Shown here one piece after another: positions 9,040 through 18,964 of a stretch of 64,000 nt of DNA (positions within the stretch are counted from its first letter, which is position 1; every line of letters starts with the position of its first letter). Origin of the DNA: Kofleriaceae bacterium. GTDB taxonomy: Bacteria > Myxococcota_A > Polyangia > Haliangiales > Haliangiaceae. The position numbers were made by a program, and so were the translations under genes. Below the pieces are notes generated by a model, which saw nothing but the letters and a program-made list of their open reading frames with translations, searched no databases and was not told the DNA's origin. The DNA lies in NCBI GenBank assembly GCA_050184455.1, contig JBFXAI010000019.1, positions 19,432 through 83,431 of the forward strand, written 5' to 3'.

Positions 9040-9918
9040 ATGGAGCGGAGTGTGTTGGACCTCATGGGCGGCGAGGCCCGGCCCAGCGATCCGCGCAGGT
9101 TCGTGATCGAAGCGATGCTCGGGGCGATGCACGCCGATGGCGTGGTCGACGAACGCGAGCGTGTGGTGATCGAGCGCCAGCTCGCGGAGCATCCGTGGTT
9201 CAGCGCGCTCGGCGACACCGCCAAGACGCTGCTCGATCTGTCGAGCGATGCGATCAAGCACGCCGGGGGTGCTGCGCGCCGCGCGCCGGCGATCGCGAAG
9301 GGACTGCCGGCGCGGATCCACCGGCTCACGGCGTATGGGATGGCGGTCGAAGTTGCGGTCGCCGACGGCGAGCTCGTGCCCGCGGAGCTGGACTTCCTCG
9401 AGGCGATCGGCCGCAGCTTTCGCATCGGGTCGTCAGAGGCTGACAAGGTGTTGTGCGCGGTCGAGGCCGGCACGCTCGCCGACTATCTTGCCGAGCGATT
9501 TCGTTGGATCGCAGAGCTCGCGCCAACGATGTGCGAGCTGTTTGCGTGGCGCGCGGTGGTTCGTGGCGCCGCTGAGGCCGACCACAGAGCGCTCGCTGCG
9601 TTCCTCGCAGCAGTTCCGGATCTTCAAGCGACACCTGCGGAGCTAGCGCCGATGCTTGCAACTGCGCTGCAGCGTGGAAAGCGAACCGATCGATTGGCGA
9701 GTGAGCTCGAGGTCGTCGCGACCGCGCTGCCCGATCGGTCGGATCGTTATTGGGCAATGATCTATGCGCTAGCCGCGGAGATGCCGGCGATGGTTCCGAG
9801 TTGGCGGGTGATTCCATTCATCACCGAGCTTCGGCGTGCGTTCGAGCTCGACGACGCCGAAATGCAGACCGCCGTCGTCGATGCATTGTCGTTCCCACCG
9901 GCGATGCCGCGTCCGTAA
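9040..9918 (+). CDS. TerB-like (tellurite-resistance TerB fold) domain protein
   Basis: ATG 9040 preferred over TTG 9001. FVIEAMLGAMHADGVVDERERVVIERQL and AYGMAVEVAVADGELVPAELDFLEAI are TerB-type motifs. Confidence 0.55.
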   Translation: MERSVLDLMGGEARPSDPRRFVIEAMLGAMHADGVVDERERVVIERQLAEHPWFSALGDTAKTLLDLSSDAIKHAGGAARRAPAIAKGLPARIHRLTAYGMAVEVAVADGELVPAELDFLEAIGRSFRIGSSEADKVLCAVEAGTLADYLAERFRWIAELAPTMCELFAWRAVVRGAAEADHRALAAFLAAVPDLQATPAELAPMLATALQRGKRTDRLASELEVVATALPDRSDRYWAMIYALAAEMPAMVPSWRVIPFITELRRAFELDDAEMQTAVVDALSFPPAMPRP

Positions 9919-10041
9919 TTCTCGGGCGTACTCCCCCGACGAATGTCAACCATGATCGCGACGTGATCGTGATCGCCGGGCCAGCGACGTTTGATCAGCG
10001 CTTCTCTCGATCGCTTCCGTGCATAATGGGAACGACACGCC

Positions 10042-10536
10042 ATGACGTCCAACACGATCGAGCTGGTGGAACGAGTTCATCGCCATCTTCGCGAGCACGA
10101 AAACCCTTGCCAGATCGCCGGGCCGGTTTCCGAATCGCAGATCTCGGCAGCCGAGCAAGCCCTTGGGGTCACGTTCCCACCGTCGTACCGGACGTTCCTG
10201 CGGACTTTTGGCGGCATCGCGATTCCGCCTCATCTGGGTATCGTTCACGATTTCGTCGGTGTGGCGTCTGAAGGCACCGACGTGGTGCGGCGCACGCTCG
10301 AGGCTCGTGCCGAGCGGCGGCTCGCCGACCACCTCGTTGTCGTCGGCATGGGCGCGCAGTACCAGGAGTGGTTCTGCCTCGACGTCAGCCGTCCGACCAG
10401 CAACGGCGAGTACCCGGTGCTGATGTTCGACGCGCGGGAAAACGCACTCGATCAACAGTTCTACGAGGACTTCGGCCAAATGCTGCAAGAAGTCATGGGC
10501 TTCGTCGCCGATAGCCTCGAACAGCCGCTCGACTAG
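10042..10536 (+). CDS. SMI1/KNR4 (SUKH-1) family protein
   Basis: SESQISAAEQALGVTFPPSYRTFLRTFGG ... YQEWFCLD is the hallmark SUKH-1 pattern. 164 aa. Confidence 0.75.
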   Translation: MTSNTIELVERVHRHLREHENPCQIAGPVSESQISAAEQALGVTFPPSYRTFLRTFGGIAIPPHLGIVHDFVGVASEGTDVVRRTLEARAERRLADHLVVVGMGAQYQEWFCLDVSRPTSNGEYPVLMFDARENALDQQFYEDFGQMLQEVMGFVADSLEQPLD

Positions 10537-10754
10537 CAGGCAGCGATCGTCTGGCTGCGCCGACTCGGTCTCGTGCGCGGTCGGGCCGCTAGTCGCTGTG
10601 GCCGCATGCCCGTGCGACGCTAGAGACACAATCGCTGGGCTTCTGTGAGCCGGGCCACGCCGGTTGCGTGGGCAAGACTGGCGCAGGAGATCGCGCTGGG
10701 CGCTGGTGTTTGCCGTCGAGGATTCGCGCGGGCGGTGATACGGTCCGCGCCGCA

Positions 10755-13700
10755 ATGCGCTGTTGTTTCCTCGTTTTGTTGCTCTCTCTCCAAGCGTGTT
10801 CGTGCCGCGAAGACAACCCGAGTGTCGACGCGCAAATCGCGCCGGATGCTGCCACCAACACAGAGGTCACCTGCGAGAACCTCGAGCCGGTGACCTCGGG
10901 CACCTGCTCGGTGACTGCGGGAACCTCGGGCACGCTGATCAAAGGCGAGGTCCTGACACCGAACACGCTCTATCACGGTGGTCAGGTCGCGATTGACGGC
11001 GAGGGCAAGATCGCCTGCGTTGGTTGCGACTGCGCGAAGGGCGACGAGACCGTCATCGTGTGCCCCGACGCTGCGATCTCACCAGGGCTGATCAACACCC
11101 ACGATCACATCACGTTCGCGCAAAACGATCCGTATACCGACAGCGGCGTTCGCTACGAGCATCGCCATCAGTGGCGCAAAGGCCAGGACCAGCGGCCGAA
11201 GATCTCGTCGTCGGGTGGCGCGTCGGCTGACCAGATCCGATGGGGTGAGCTGCGGTTCCTGATGGGCGGCGCGACCAGCATCGTCGGATCAGGTGGCCAA
11301 GCCGGCTTGGTCCGCAATCTCGATAGCGCACAACAGGAAGGCCTCAACCAGAAGCCGGTCAACTTCGACACGTTCCCGCTCGACGATTCGGGTGGCAATC
11401 GCCGCGATGCGGACTGCAACTATGGTGGCGATCCAGCCACCGCCCAATCGATCGCCAACGAGGACGCCTACGAGCCGCACACCGCCGAAGGCATCGATGC
11501 CACCGCGCGCAACGAATTTCTGTGCCAGAGCTCGACGGACTACGACACGCAGACTCCCGGCGTTTCGAACAACATCCTGCTGCCCAAGACCGCGATGATT
11601 CACAGCATCGGGTTGCAGCCGGCCGATTACGCCGCGATGGCGACCGCTGGCACCGGATTGATCTGGTCGCCGCGCTCGAACATCACGCTCTACGGCGACA
11701 CCGCGCGGGTTTCCACCGCGGCGAAGCTCGGCGTCGAGATCGCGCTCGGCACCGACTGGATGCCGACCGGTTCGATGAACCTGTTGCGCGAGCTCGCGTG
11801 CGCCGACACCTTCAACAAGAACTATCTCGGCGGATTCTTCAACGACATCCAGCTGTGGCAGATGGTGACGGTCAACGCGGCGGCGGTGACCGCGACCGAT
11901 GACGTGATCGGCGTGCTCGCACCAGGCAAGGTCGCCGACATCTCGATCTTCAATCGCCACGGCAAGTCGGGCTATCGCGCCGTCCTCGAGGCCGAGTCAC
12001 AAGATGTCGTACTGGTGATGCGCGCCGGCAAGGCCCTGTACGGCGATGCGCAGCTCGTCGAAGCGTTGACCACCGGAGATTGCGACGAGATCGACGTGTG
12101 CAATACCTCTAAGCGGCTGTGCTTGAAGGCCGAGGTCGGCAAGACCTATACCGCGCTCAAGGACGCGGTCGGCGCCAACATGTATCCAGCGTTTGCGTGT
12201 GGCGTTCCTGACAACGAGCCATCGTGCACGCCCAAGCGGCCCGAAGCGATCGATGGCTCGACGGTGTACAGCGGAGAGCCGACCGCGGGTGACGCCGATG
12301 GCGACGGAATCGCCGACAGCTCGGACAACTGTCCGATGGTGTTCAACCCGGTTCGCCCAGTGGACGAAGGCGCGCAGGGCGACAGCGACGAAGATGGCGC
12401 CGGCGATGCCTGCGACGTCTGCCCACTCGACGCCAGCACGGCGACCTGCACCAAGGTCAATCCAGAGGATCGAGATGGCGACGGCGTCTTGAACCCGGTC
12501 GACAACTGCCCGGACAAGGCGAACTCGGATCAGTACGACGCCGATGGCGACGGCAAGGGCGATCTGTGCGACGTGTGCCCGATGGAAGCCAACCCGGGTT
12601 CGGCGGGCTGCTCGACGACGATCTACAAGATCAAGAAGGGGATGACGCCGACCGGCACGATCGTCCGCGTGCTCGACGCACTGGTCACTGGCAAAGGCAG
12701 CAACGGATTCTTCGTCCAGACCAAGATGGGCGATAACGGCTATGCCGGCCCCGAGTTCTCCGGGCTGTTCGTGTACGCCGGCACGTCGTCGCCGCTGCTC
12801 GCCAACGCCGTCGTCGGCACGCGCGTCGTGATCGATGGAACCATCGTCAACTTCCAAGGACAGCTCGAGCTCGACAACGTGTCGGCGGTCTCTGTCGTCG
12901 ATGCGTCGCCAGAGTCGCTGCCGGAACCGGTGCCGACGACCTACGCCGAGATCAAGACCAACGGACCGAAGGCGACGGCGTACGAGTCGGTGCTCGTGTC
13001 GCTCGGCGCGGCGTCGATCAGCGCGGTGAACCCGATGTTCGGTGAGGTCACGCTGACCGATGCCAGCGGCAACAATCTGGTCGTCGATGACTTCTTGTTC
13101 ACGCCGATGCCGACGCCAGCGATCGGCCAGAGCTACTCGGCGGTGAAGGGCATCCTGGCGATGCGCCAGATGGCATCCAAGCTCGAGCCGCGCAGCGCGA
13201 TGGATCTCACGCCAGGCGCACCTGGGCTCGCGTCGTTCGGCCCGGCCGTCAGCTTCGCGCGCGTCGGGACCACCGCGGACGATCCGACGTTCCCCACCGC
13301 GCTGACCGTGACGCTAAGCGGTCCTGCTCAGGGCGATACCGTCGTGACGATCACGTCGGAGACCGACGCGGCGCTCACGGTGTCCAACGTCACCGTGCCC
13401 GACGGGGCTACCTCGGCCCAGGTAAAGGTCACCGCGGTTGCGCCCGATCCCGACGTCGTCGTCACCGCGAAGCTCGCGATGCAAGAGATGACGGCGAGCG
13501 TGCGCGTGCTCGGCGCGAGCGAAGCTCCGAACGCGGTCACGTTGTCGCCGGCCGATGCGGCGGTCTCGCCGAACGGCAGCACGATGTTCACGGTGACGCT
13601 CAACACGCCGGCGCTGACGGCGACCGACGTCGATCTGGTCGTCAACCCGAGCAACAGCGGAACGCTGCCGGCGCAGGTCACGGTCCTCGCGGATCAGACC

Positions 13701-14354
13701 TCGACGACGTTCACCTATACCGACTCGTCGGGAATGGGTAGCGCGACGATCACCGCGACGTTCGGGGCGAGCACCAGCAACGCCACGGTGACGGTATCGA
13801 CGGGCGCGAATCATCTCGTGATCAATGAGGTCGACTACGACCAGATCGGCAGCGACAACGCCGAGTTCATCGAGATCTACAACCCGTCAGGATCCACGAT
13901 CAGCTTGGCGGGTAAGCAGCTGCTGTTGATCAGCGGCAGCGGCAACGTCATTTACGACACGATCAACCTCGGCACCGGCTCGATCCCGAGCCACGGGTTC
14001 TTGGTGGTCGCCGGTACGGCTGTCACGGTGATGTCGCCGGCGGTCAAGCTCGATCCTGGGTGGACAAACGATCGCGTGCAGAACGGCGCGCCTGATGGCA
14101 TCGCGTTGATCGATTCGGTCAATCACACGCTGATCGATGCGATCTCGTATGAAGGCGCGATGATGATGGTCGACCTGCCGGGCTTCCCGGCGCAGTCATC
14201 GTTGGTCGAGGGAACGATGTTGCCGACGACCACTGCCGATTCGAACACGGTCGCCGGTTCGTTGTGTCGCTCACCGACGGGCTTGGACACCGATGATGCG
14301 GCTGCGGATTGGGGCGTGTGCGCGATGCCGACGGCCGGTAAGCCGAACATGTAG
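10755..14354 (+). CDS. giant multidomain lipoprotein: amidohydrolase domain + thrombospondin type-3 (Ca-binding) repeats + OB-like/Ig-like modules + C-terminal lamin-tail domain (LTD)
   Basis: ATG 10755 (ORF 10668.. trimmed) with lipobox LLLSLQAC. GLINTHDHITF (HxH) and VLAPGKVADISIF are amidohydrolase marks. DADGDGIADSSDNCP / DRDGDGVLNPVDNCPDKANSDQYDADGDGKGDLCDVCP are TSP3 repeats. C-terminal NHLVINEVDYDQIGSDNAEFIEIYNPSGSTISLAG...APDGIALID is the LTD pattern. Confidence 0.8.
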   Translation: MRCCFLVLLLSLQACSCREDNPSVDAQIAPDAATNTEVTCENLEPVTSGTCSVTAGTSGTLIKGEVLTPNTLYHGGQVAIDGEGKIACVGCDCAKGDETVIVCPDAAISPGLINTHDHITFAQNDPYTDSGVRYEHRHQWRKGQDQRPKISSSGGASADQIRWGELRFLMGGATSIVGSGGQAGLVRNLDSAQQEGLNQKPVNFDTFPLDDSGGNRRDADCNYGGDPATAQSIANEDAYEPHTAEGIDATARNEFLCQSSTDYDTQTPGVSNNILLPKTAMIHSIGLQPADYAAMATAGTGLIWSPRSNITLYGDTARVSTAAKLGVEIALGTDWMPTGSMNLLRELACADTFNKNYLGGFFNDIQLWQMVTVNAAAVTATDDVIGVLAPGKVADISIFNRHGKSGYRAVLEAESQDVVLVMRAGKALYGDAQLVEALTTGDCDEIDVCNTSKRLCLKAEVGKTYTALKDAVGANMYPAFACGVPDNEPSCTPKRPEAIDGSTVYSGEPTAGDADGDGIADSSDNCPMVFNPVRPVDEGAQGDSDEDGAGDACDVCPLDASTATCTKVNPEDRDGDGVLNPVDNCPDKANSDQYDADGDGKGDLCDVCPMEANPGSAGCSTTIYKIKKGMTPTGTIVRVLDALVTGKGSNGFFVQTKMGDNGYAGPEFSGLFVYAGTSSPLLANAVVGTRVVIDGTIVNFQGQLELDNVSAVSVVDASPESLPEPVPTTYAEIKTNGPKATAYESVLVSLGAASISAVNPMFGEVTLTDASGNNLVVDDFLFTPMPTPAIGQSYSAVKGILAMRQMASKLEPRSAMDLTPGAPGLASFGPAVSFARVGTTADDPTFPTALTVTLSGPAQGDTVVTITSETDAALTVSNVTVPDGATSAQVKVTAVAPDPDVVVTAKLAMQEMTASVRVLGASEAPNAVTLSPADAAVSPNGSTMFTVTLNTPALTATDVDLVVNPSNSGTLPAQVTVLADQTSTTFTYTDSSGMGSATITATFGASTSNATVTVSTGANHLVINEVDYDQIGSDNAEFIEIYNPSGSTISLAGKQLLLISGSGNVIYDTINLGTGSIPSHGFLVVAGTAVTVMSPAVKLDPGWTNDRVQNGAPDGIALIDSVNHTLIDAISYEGAMMMVDLPGFPAQSSLVEGTMLPTTTADSNTVAGSLCRSPTGLDTDDAAADWGVCAMPTAGKPNM

Positions 14355-14402
14355 GCTGGCGCGGTTCGAAGCGGGTTCGGGTGTTGCGCGACGCGTCGTC
14401 GC

Positions 14403-14425
14403 AGGGCCGCGTTGTTGCGGCCTTT
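14403..14425 (+). terminator. rho-independent-like terminator after the giant lipoprotein gene
   Basis: GGCCGC (14405-14410) / GCGGCC (14417-14422) perfect 6-bp stem with loop GTTGTT, followed by TTTCC. About 50 nt after the stop at 14354. Confidence 0.5.
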
Positions 14426-14498
14426 CCGACGGGCGTGGCGCCGCTCGAACTGCGCTCTGGTGTATACCTGGCGAACCACATTTCTGACGGAGCCTGTC

Positions 14499-16082
14499 AT
14501 GGGATTCTCGCTCGAACAGCAAGGCATCTTGGTTGCTGAGGTTCATCGCAACGCCTCTCCCGCGTTTCTCTACGAAGCCGCGCTGCGATTCGAGAAGGGT
14601 TCCACGATCTCGTCGACCGGCGCGCTGATCGCGTACTCGGGCAAGAAGACCGGTCGCAGCCCGACCGACAAGCGCGTCGTCGACGAGCCCGAGGTTCGGG
14701 ACGACATCTGGTGGGGCAACGTCAACATCAAGCTCGACCCGCAGAGCTTCACGATCAACCGCGAGCGCGCGATCGACTACTTGAACACCCGCGAGCGACT
14801 CTACGTGGTCGACGGGTTCGCTGGCTGGGATCCGAAGTATCGGCTCAAGATCCGCGTGGTGTGTGCGCGGGCCTATCACGCGCTGTTCATGCACAACATG
14901 TTGATCCGGCCGACCGCGAGCGAGCTCGCATCATTCGGCGATCCTGACTACGTGATCTTCAACGCGGGCGGATTTCCCGCGAACCGCCACACCGCGGGCA
15001 TGACCTCGACGACGTCGGTGGACTTGTCGTTCGGGCGCCGCGAGTTCGTGATCCTCGGAACCGAATACGCCGGTGAGATGAAGAAGGGCGTGTTCACGAT
15101 CATGAACTACCTGATGCCGAAGCAAGGCGTGCTGTCGATGCACTGCTCGGCGACCCAGGCGCGCGATAGCAACGACACGTCGATCCTGTTCGGCCTGTCG
15201 GGTACCGGCAAGACCACGCTGTCGGCCGATCCGAAGCGCATGTTGATCGGCGATGACGAGCACTGCTGGACCGACCAGGGCGTGTTCAACATCGAGGGTG
15301 GCTGCTACGCCAAGGTGATCAAGCTATCGAAGGAACAAGAGCCCGACATCTGGAATTCGCTCCAGTTCGGCGCCGTGCTCGAGAACGTGACGTTCGCGCA
15401 GCAATCGCACCTCGTCGATTATGACAATACGTCGATCACCGAGAACACGCGCGGCAGCTACATCCTCGACACGATCCCCAACGCCAAGCTGCCGGCCGTC
15501 GCCGGTCATCCCAAGAACGTCATCTTCTTGACGGCAGACGCGTTCGGCGTGCTGCCACCGGTGTCGAAGCTGACGCCCGCGCAGGCGATGTATCACTACA
15601 TCTCCGGCTACACCGCAAAGGTCGCCGGCACCGAGGTCGGCGTGAAGGATCCCGAGCCGACGTTCTCGCCATGTTTCGGCGGTCCATTCTTGGTCTGGCA
15701 TCCGACCAAGTACGCCGAGATGCTCGCCGAGAAGTTGCGCAAGCATGGCGCGCAGACCTGGCTGGTCAACACCGGTTGGTCCGGTGGCGCGTATGGCGTC
15801 GGCTCGCGGATCAAGCTCAAGTACACCCGCGCGATCATCGACGCGATCCACTCCGGCGCGCTGTCGAGCGTCGCGACGCAGGAGGATCCAGTGTTCGGCT
15901 TCGCCGTGCCGACCTCGTGCCCCGAGGTGCCCGCCGAGATGCTGATGCCGCGCAACACGTGGACCGACAAGGCCGCGTACGACGAGAAGGCCAAGAAGGT
16001 CGCATCGCTGTTCAAAGACAACTTCAAGAAGTACGAAGGCCAGGCGTCTGCCGAAGTTCGCGCCGCGGGCCCGAAGGCCTAA
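14499..16082 (+). CDS. pckA: phosphoenolpyruvate carboxykinase (ATP)
   Basis: ATG 14499 with GGAG 8 nt upstream. GLSGTGKTTLSADP kinase-1a motif. SGKKTGRSPTDKR and end-to-end family-typical sequence. 527 aa. Confidence 0.95.
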   Translation: MGFSLEQQGILVAEVHRNASPAFLYEAALRFEKGSTISSTGALIAYSGKKTGRSPTDKRVVDEPEVRDDIWWGNVNIKLDPQSFTINRERAIDYLNTRERLYVVDGFAGWDPKYRLKIRVVCARAYHALFMHNMLIRPTASELASFGDPDYVIFNAGGFPANRHTAGMTSTTSVDLSFGRREFVILGTEYAGEMKKGVFTIMNYLMPKQGVLSMHCSATQARDSNDTSILFGLSGTGKTTLSADPKRMLIGDDEHCWTDQGVFNIEGGCYAKVIKLSKEQEPDIWNSLQFGAVLENVTFAQQSHLVDYDNTSITENTRGSYILDTIPNAKLPAVAGHPKNVIFLTADAFGVLPPVSKLTPAQAMYHYISGYTAKVAGTEVGVKDPEPTFSPCFGGPFLVWHPTKYAEMLAEKLRKHGAQTWLVNTGWSGGAYGVGSRIKLKYTRAIIDAIHSGALSSVATQEDPVFGFAVPTSCPEVPAEMLMPRNTWTDKAAYDEKAKKVASLFKDNFKKYEGQASAEVRAAGPKA

Positions 16083-16260
16083 ACAGCTCTCGGCTCGCCT
16101 GCGGGCTCGCGGTAAAGTGGGTCTGTGGACATCACTCGCGAAGAGCTCGAGCAGCGGCTGACGAGAGCCCGTGAGATCCGCAAGATTCTGCGACGCGCCA
16201 CCAAGCGGCTCATGGCTTTCGGCGAGCAGGTACTCGCATCACGTACAGCGGTGGATTCGG

Positions 16261-16854
16261 ATGGCGCTAAACCTCGATGATCCGACCGAGGTCGCGCTGG
16301 CAGCTGCCGATGCGTTTGCGGCGGCAGGGCTGGAGGCGGCGCTCTACGGCGGACTCGCACTTGCGGTGTATGGCGAGCCTCGAGAGACGCGGGATGCGGA
16401 TCTCGCTGTCGCGACCGTCACGGTCGATGCGGCTCACGCGGCGCTGACTGCTGCAGGAGTCGGCGCAGTGATCGCGTTTCGCAACATGCAGTTCGGCGGT
16501 CTCGTACTGGCGCGCGTGTCGCTGCTCGGCGGGGGAAAGCTGAACACGGTTGACCTCGTGACGCCGCGGTCTCCGCGCTTCGCTGACGCAGTGTTGCAGC
16601 GCGCGCTGCGAGGCTCTCTCGACGGTCATCCGCTAGCAGTTGTGAGCCCAGAAGACTTTGTATTACTGAAGATTCTATCGACTCGCGATCACGACCTCGA
16701 AGATGCGCGAACCGTGGTGACGTCACTGGGCGAGCGTCTGAATCGTGACCTACTCATCTCCGAACGAGCTCTGTTAGCCAACGAGATTGCCGATCACCCG
16801 ATCATGGATCGATTTGTGGCCGTCCTCGACGATCGCACGTCTCCGACGAAATAG
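16261..16854 (+). CDS. minimal nucleotidyltransferase-fold (Pol-beta-like) protein, function unknown
   Basis: ATG 16261. LYGGLALAVYGEPRETRDADLAV gives GG-x(n)-DxD. C-terminal VVSPEDFVLLKILSTRDHDLEDA resembles the 51094..51615 protein. Contains more A/T-ending codons than its neighbours. Confidence 0.55.
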   Translation: MALNLDDPTEVALAAADAFAAAGLEAALYGGLALAVYGEPRETRDADLAVATVTVDAAHAALTAAGVGAVIAFRNMQFGGLVLARVSLLGGGKLNTVDLVTPRSPRFADAVLQRALRGSLDGHPLAVVSPEDFVLLKILSTRDHDLEDARTVVTSLGERLNRDLLISERALLANEIADHPIMDRFVAVLDDRTSPTK

Positions 16855-17179
16855 CCGTTACGCCACCACCGCCAAGCTTGGACTGCGTTTGCCGCGACCC
16901 TCGGGGACCGCTGGCGCGGAGTTGCCGACGAGCAACGGTGTCCCTCGCTGCGACCGCCAGCCGTCGAGCTTGTCGCGGATGTGCGTACGCACTGGGGGCA
17001 GGTGGCCGCGCATGACTTCGGCGCATCAACGCCAGGCCACTCACAACAGCGTGAAGCATGGTCACACGATATCGCGCAGCCGCAACATGTCCCATGGCGT
17101 GAGCTCGCTGTGATCAATGTAGCTGAATATCTCGGTGATAGCTCCGTATAGCTCCTGTCCTGGTGGGAAGGAGCATTCC

Positions 17180-18964
17180 ATGATCGAGCCATCTGCGGCC
17201 GCGATGCACGGCGACTCTCAGCGTGCCTCTCGAGTCAAACGCCGTCGCCGTCGCGTAGCCATCGTCGGAAGCGCAGTCCTGTTGCTATCGGTCGTGTTCG
17301 GCGTGCCGCCGCTGCTCGGTTGGCGCGGCATGAAGCGGGTCGAGGGGATCGAAGCTGAGCTTGGCACGTGCAGCGATGCGATCGACCGTGCGATCGAGAC
17401 TGATAGGCTGTTTGAGCTCGAGGCGATCAATCCGCTGTACGCCGAACGTGCGCTCGAGCACCGGGCGGCGCTGGTGCTTGCCGTCCACGACGGTCTTCGG
17501 GGGTGTCGCCACGAGCGGCCGATCAATTTGACCGGGGGCCAGTGTGCCGCGGCCCCAATCGGGATTCCACGTCAGCTACAGGACCGCGGGTTGTCATTCT
17601 TGCGAGATCGCCTGCCTGCCGTGATGGGCTCACAACTGGCATCCGGTCCACGGGCGCGGCTACGAAGCGACATCGAGGCGATGCACGTCGAGTTGGGGTT
17701 CTCCCGCGAATTGGTTGAGCTGAGTAAGCATCTGCCTCCCGGTGGTGAGGTGGACGACCGGGTCGCTGCATATCTGCAGCTTGGAGATCCGTTGGGCGCG
17801 CGCGCGGTATTAGGCGAGCCCGGGGCGGAAACAAACGAGCTCAACGACGCGCTCGAGAACAAGCACGTGCTTGCATGCCTCGCAGGAGACTACGCGATGG
17901 TTCCCGACCTGGCGGAGTGGGCGAAGTCCCGTGACTTCGACGAGGACGCGTTGGAAGAGTGGGCGGAGTGCGCGCTCCGAGCCGGCGATTTGGGACGACT
18001 CTCCGCTGGCCTCGACGCGGCGGAGACCGTTTACGGACGATGGCTTCCGCCCACGGAACGTTCTGGTGACACGGGGCGAGACCGCGACGAAAGACTGAAG
18101 GAAATCGTCGTGCGAGCGCATATCGACACGGCGAAACGCTACTACGGAGCCCGTTTGAAGGCGGCCGAAGGTGACCTTGAGGCGGTGCTCACCGCCTTGG
18201 AGGCACCCGAGCCACTGGACGACATGCGAGAAGCAGTCGTTGCGATTTGGGCGGCAGCGAAGCTTGGTCGATTCCAGCAGGTTCTCGAGGTGATGAGCGC
18301 GAGGACCGTCGCGGACGCCCTCGACCAGATCTCTCATCATCCTGAGACGCCGATCTACACAGGGATCTATCCAGGGCAAGTCGTTGACGAGGGGCTGCTT
18401 GCTGAGGCAATCGCGGTGCTATCCGCAAGCTCCAAACCGCCGCTGAAGGTGGCCGCAGGGAAGCTGAAACTTCTCCAGATCGCGCATCAAGCGTATCGCG
18501 GAGATCTTGGAGCAAAGCACGGCCTAGATGCCGCCGTGTCCCTGCTCGGCGCCGAGGGCGATCGCGCCAAGCCGCTTCGTCGATTCTTCGACGCGTTCGA
18601 CGGCGACTGGAAGACCCCCGCCGAGCTCGATGTGCGAGTGACGCATGCAATCGGCCCAGGAAGCTCTCCACAGTTCGGCGATCATCGACGACGACTGGAG
18701 GATCTATTCTGCATGGATGGCGAAGATCCTCGCGATGTGATCGCATCGTTGCGCGCTCAGGGAAGGCGATTCTTGGATCGCGGATTAGGCGAGCGCGCGC
18801 TATTGCGCTTGCAGGTGATCGTGTCGATCGGCCGGCGGCTGGGCGTCGATGTTTCTGCCGACGTGGCTCAGCTTGACCGCTTGCGAGCGATGGTCGAGCG
18901 CCCCGGCAACGCGTTCGTCTTGACGGCAACCGATCGCCAGCATGAGCCCGAGGACTGGTATTGA
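17180..18964 (+). CDS. orphan membrane-anchored, predicted all-helical protein (594 aa)
   Basis: ATG 17180 preceded by GGAAGGAG (17166-17173, 6-nt spacer). Arg-rich N-terminus then one TM helix (VAIVGSAVLLLSVVFGVPPLL). I recognise no motif. Codon usage is less GC3-biased than the flanking genes. Confidence 0.6.
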   Translation: MIEPSAAAMHGDSQRASRVKRRRRRVAIVGSAVLLLSVVFGVPPLLGWRGMKRVEGIEAELGTCSDAIDRAIETDRLFELEAINPLYAERALEHRAALVLAVHDGLRGCRHERPINLTGGQCAAAPIGIPRQLQDRGLSFLRDRLPAVMGSQLASGPRARLRSDIEAMHVELGFSRELVELSKHLPPGGEVDDRVAAYLQLGDPLGARAVLGEPGAETNELNDALENKHVLACLAGDYAMVPDLAEWAKSRDFDEDALEEWAECALRAGDLGRLSAGLDAAETVYGRWLPPTERSGDTGRDRDERLKEIVVRAHIDTAKRYYGARLKAAEGDLEAVLTALEAPEPLDDMREAVVAIWAAAKLGRFQQVLEVMSARTVADALDQISHHPETPIYTGIYPGQVVDEGLLAEAIAVLSASSKPPLKVAAGKLKLLQIAHQAYRGDLGAKHGLDAAVSLLGAEGDRAKPLRRFFDAFDGDWKTPAELDVRVTHAIGPGSSPQFGDHRRRLEDLFCMDGEDPRDVIASLRAQGRRFLDRGLGERALLRLQVIVSIGRRLGVDVSADVAQLDRLRAMVERPGNAFVLTATDRQHEPEDWY

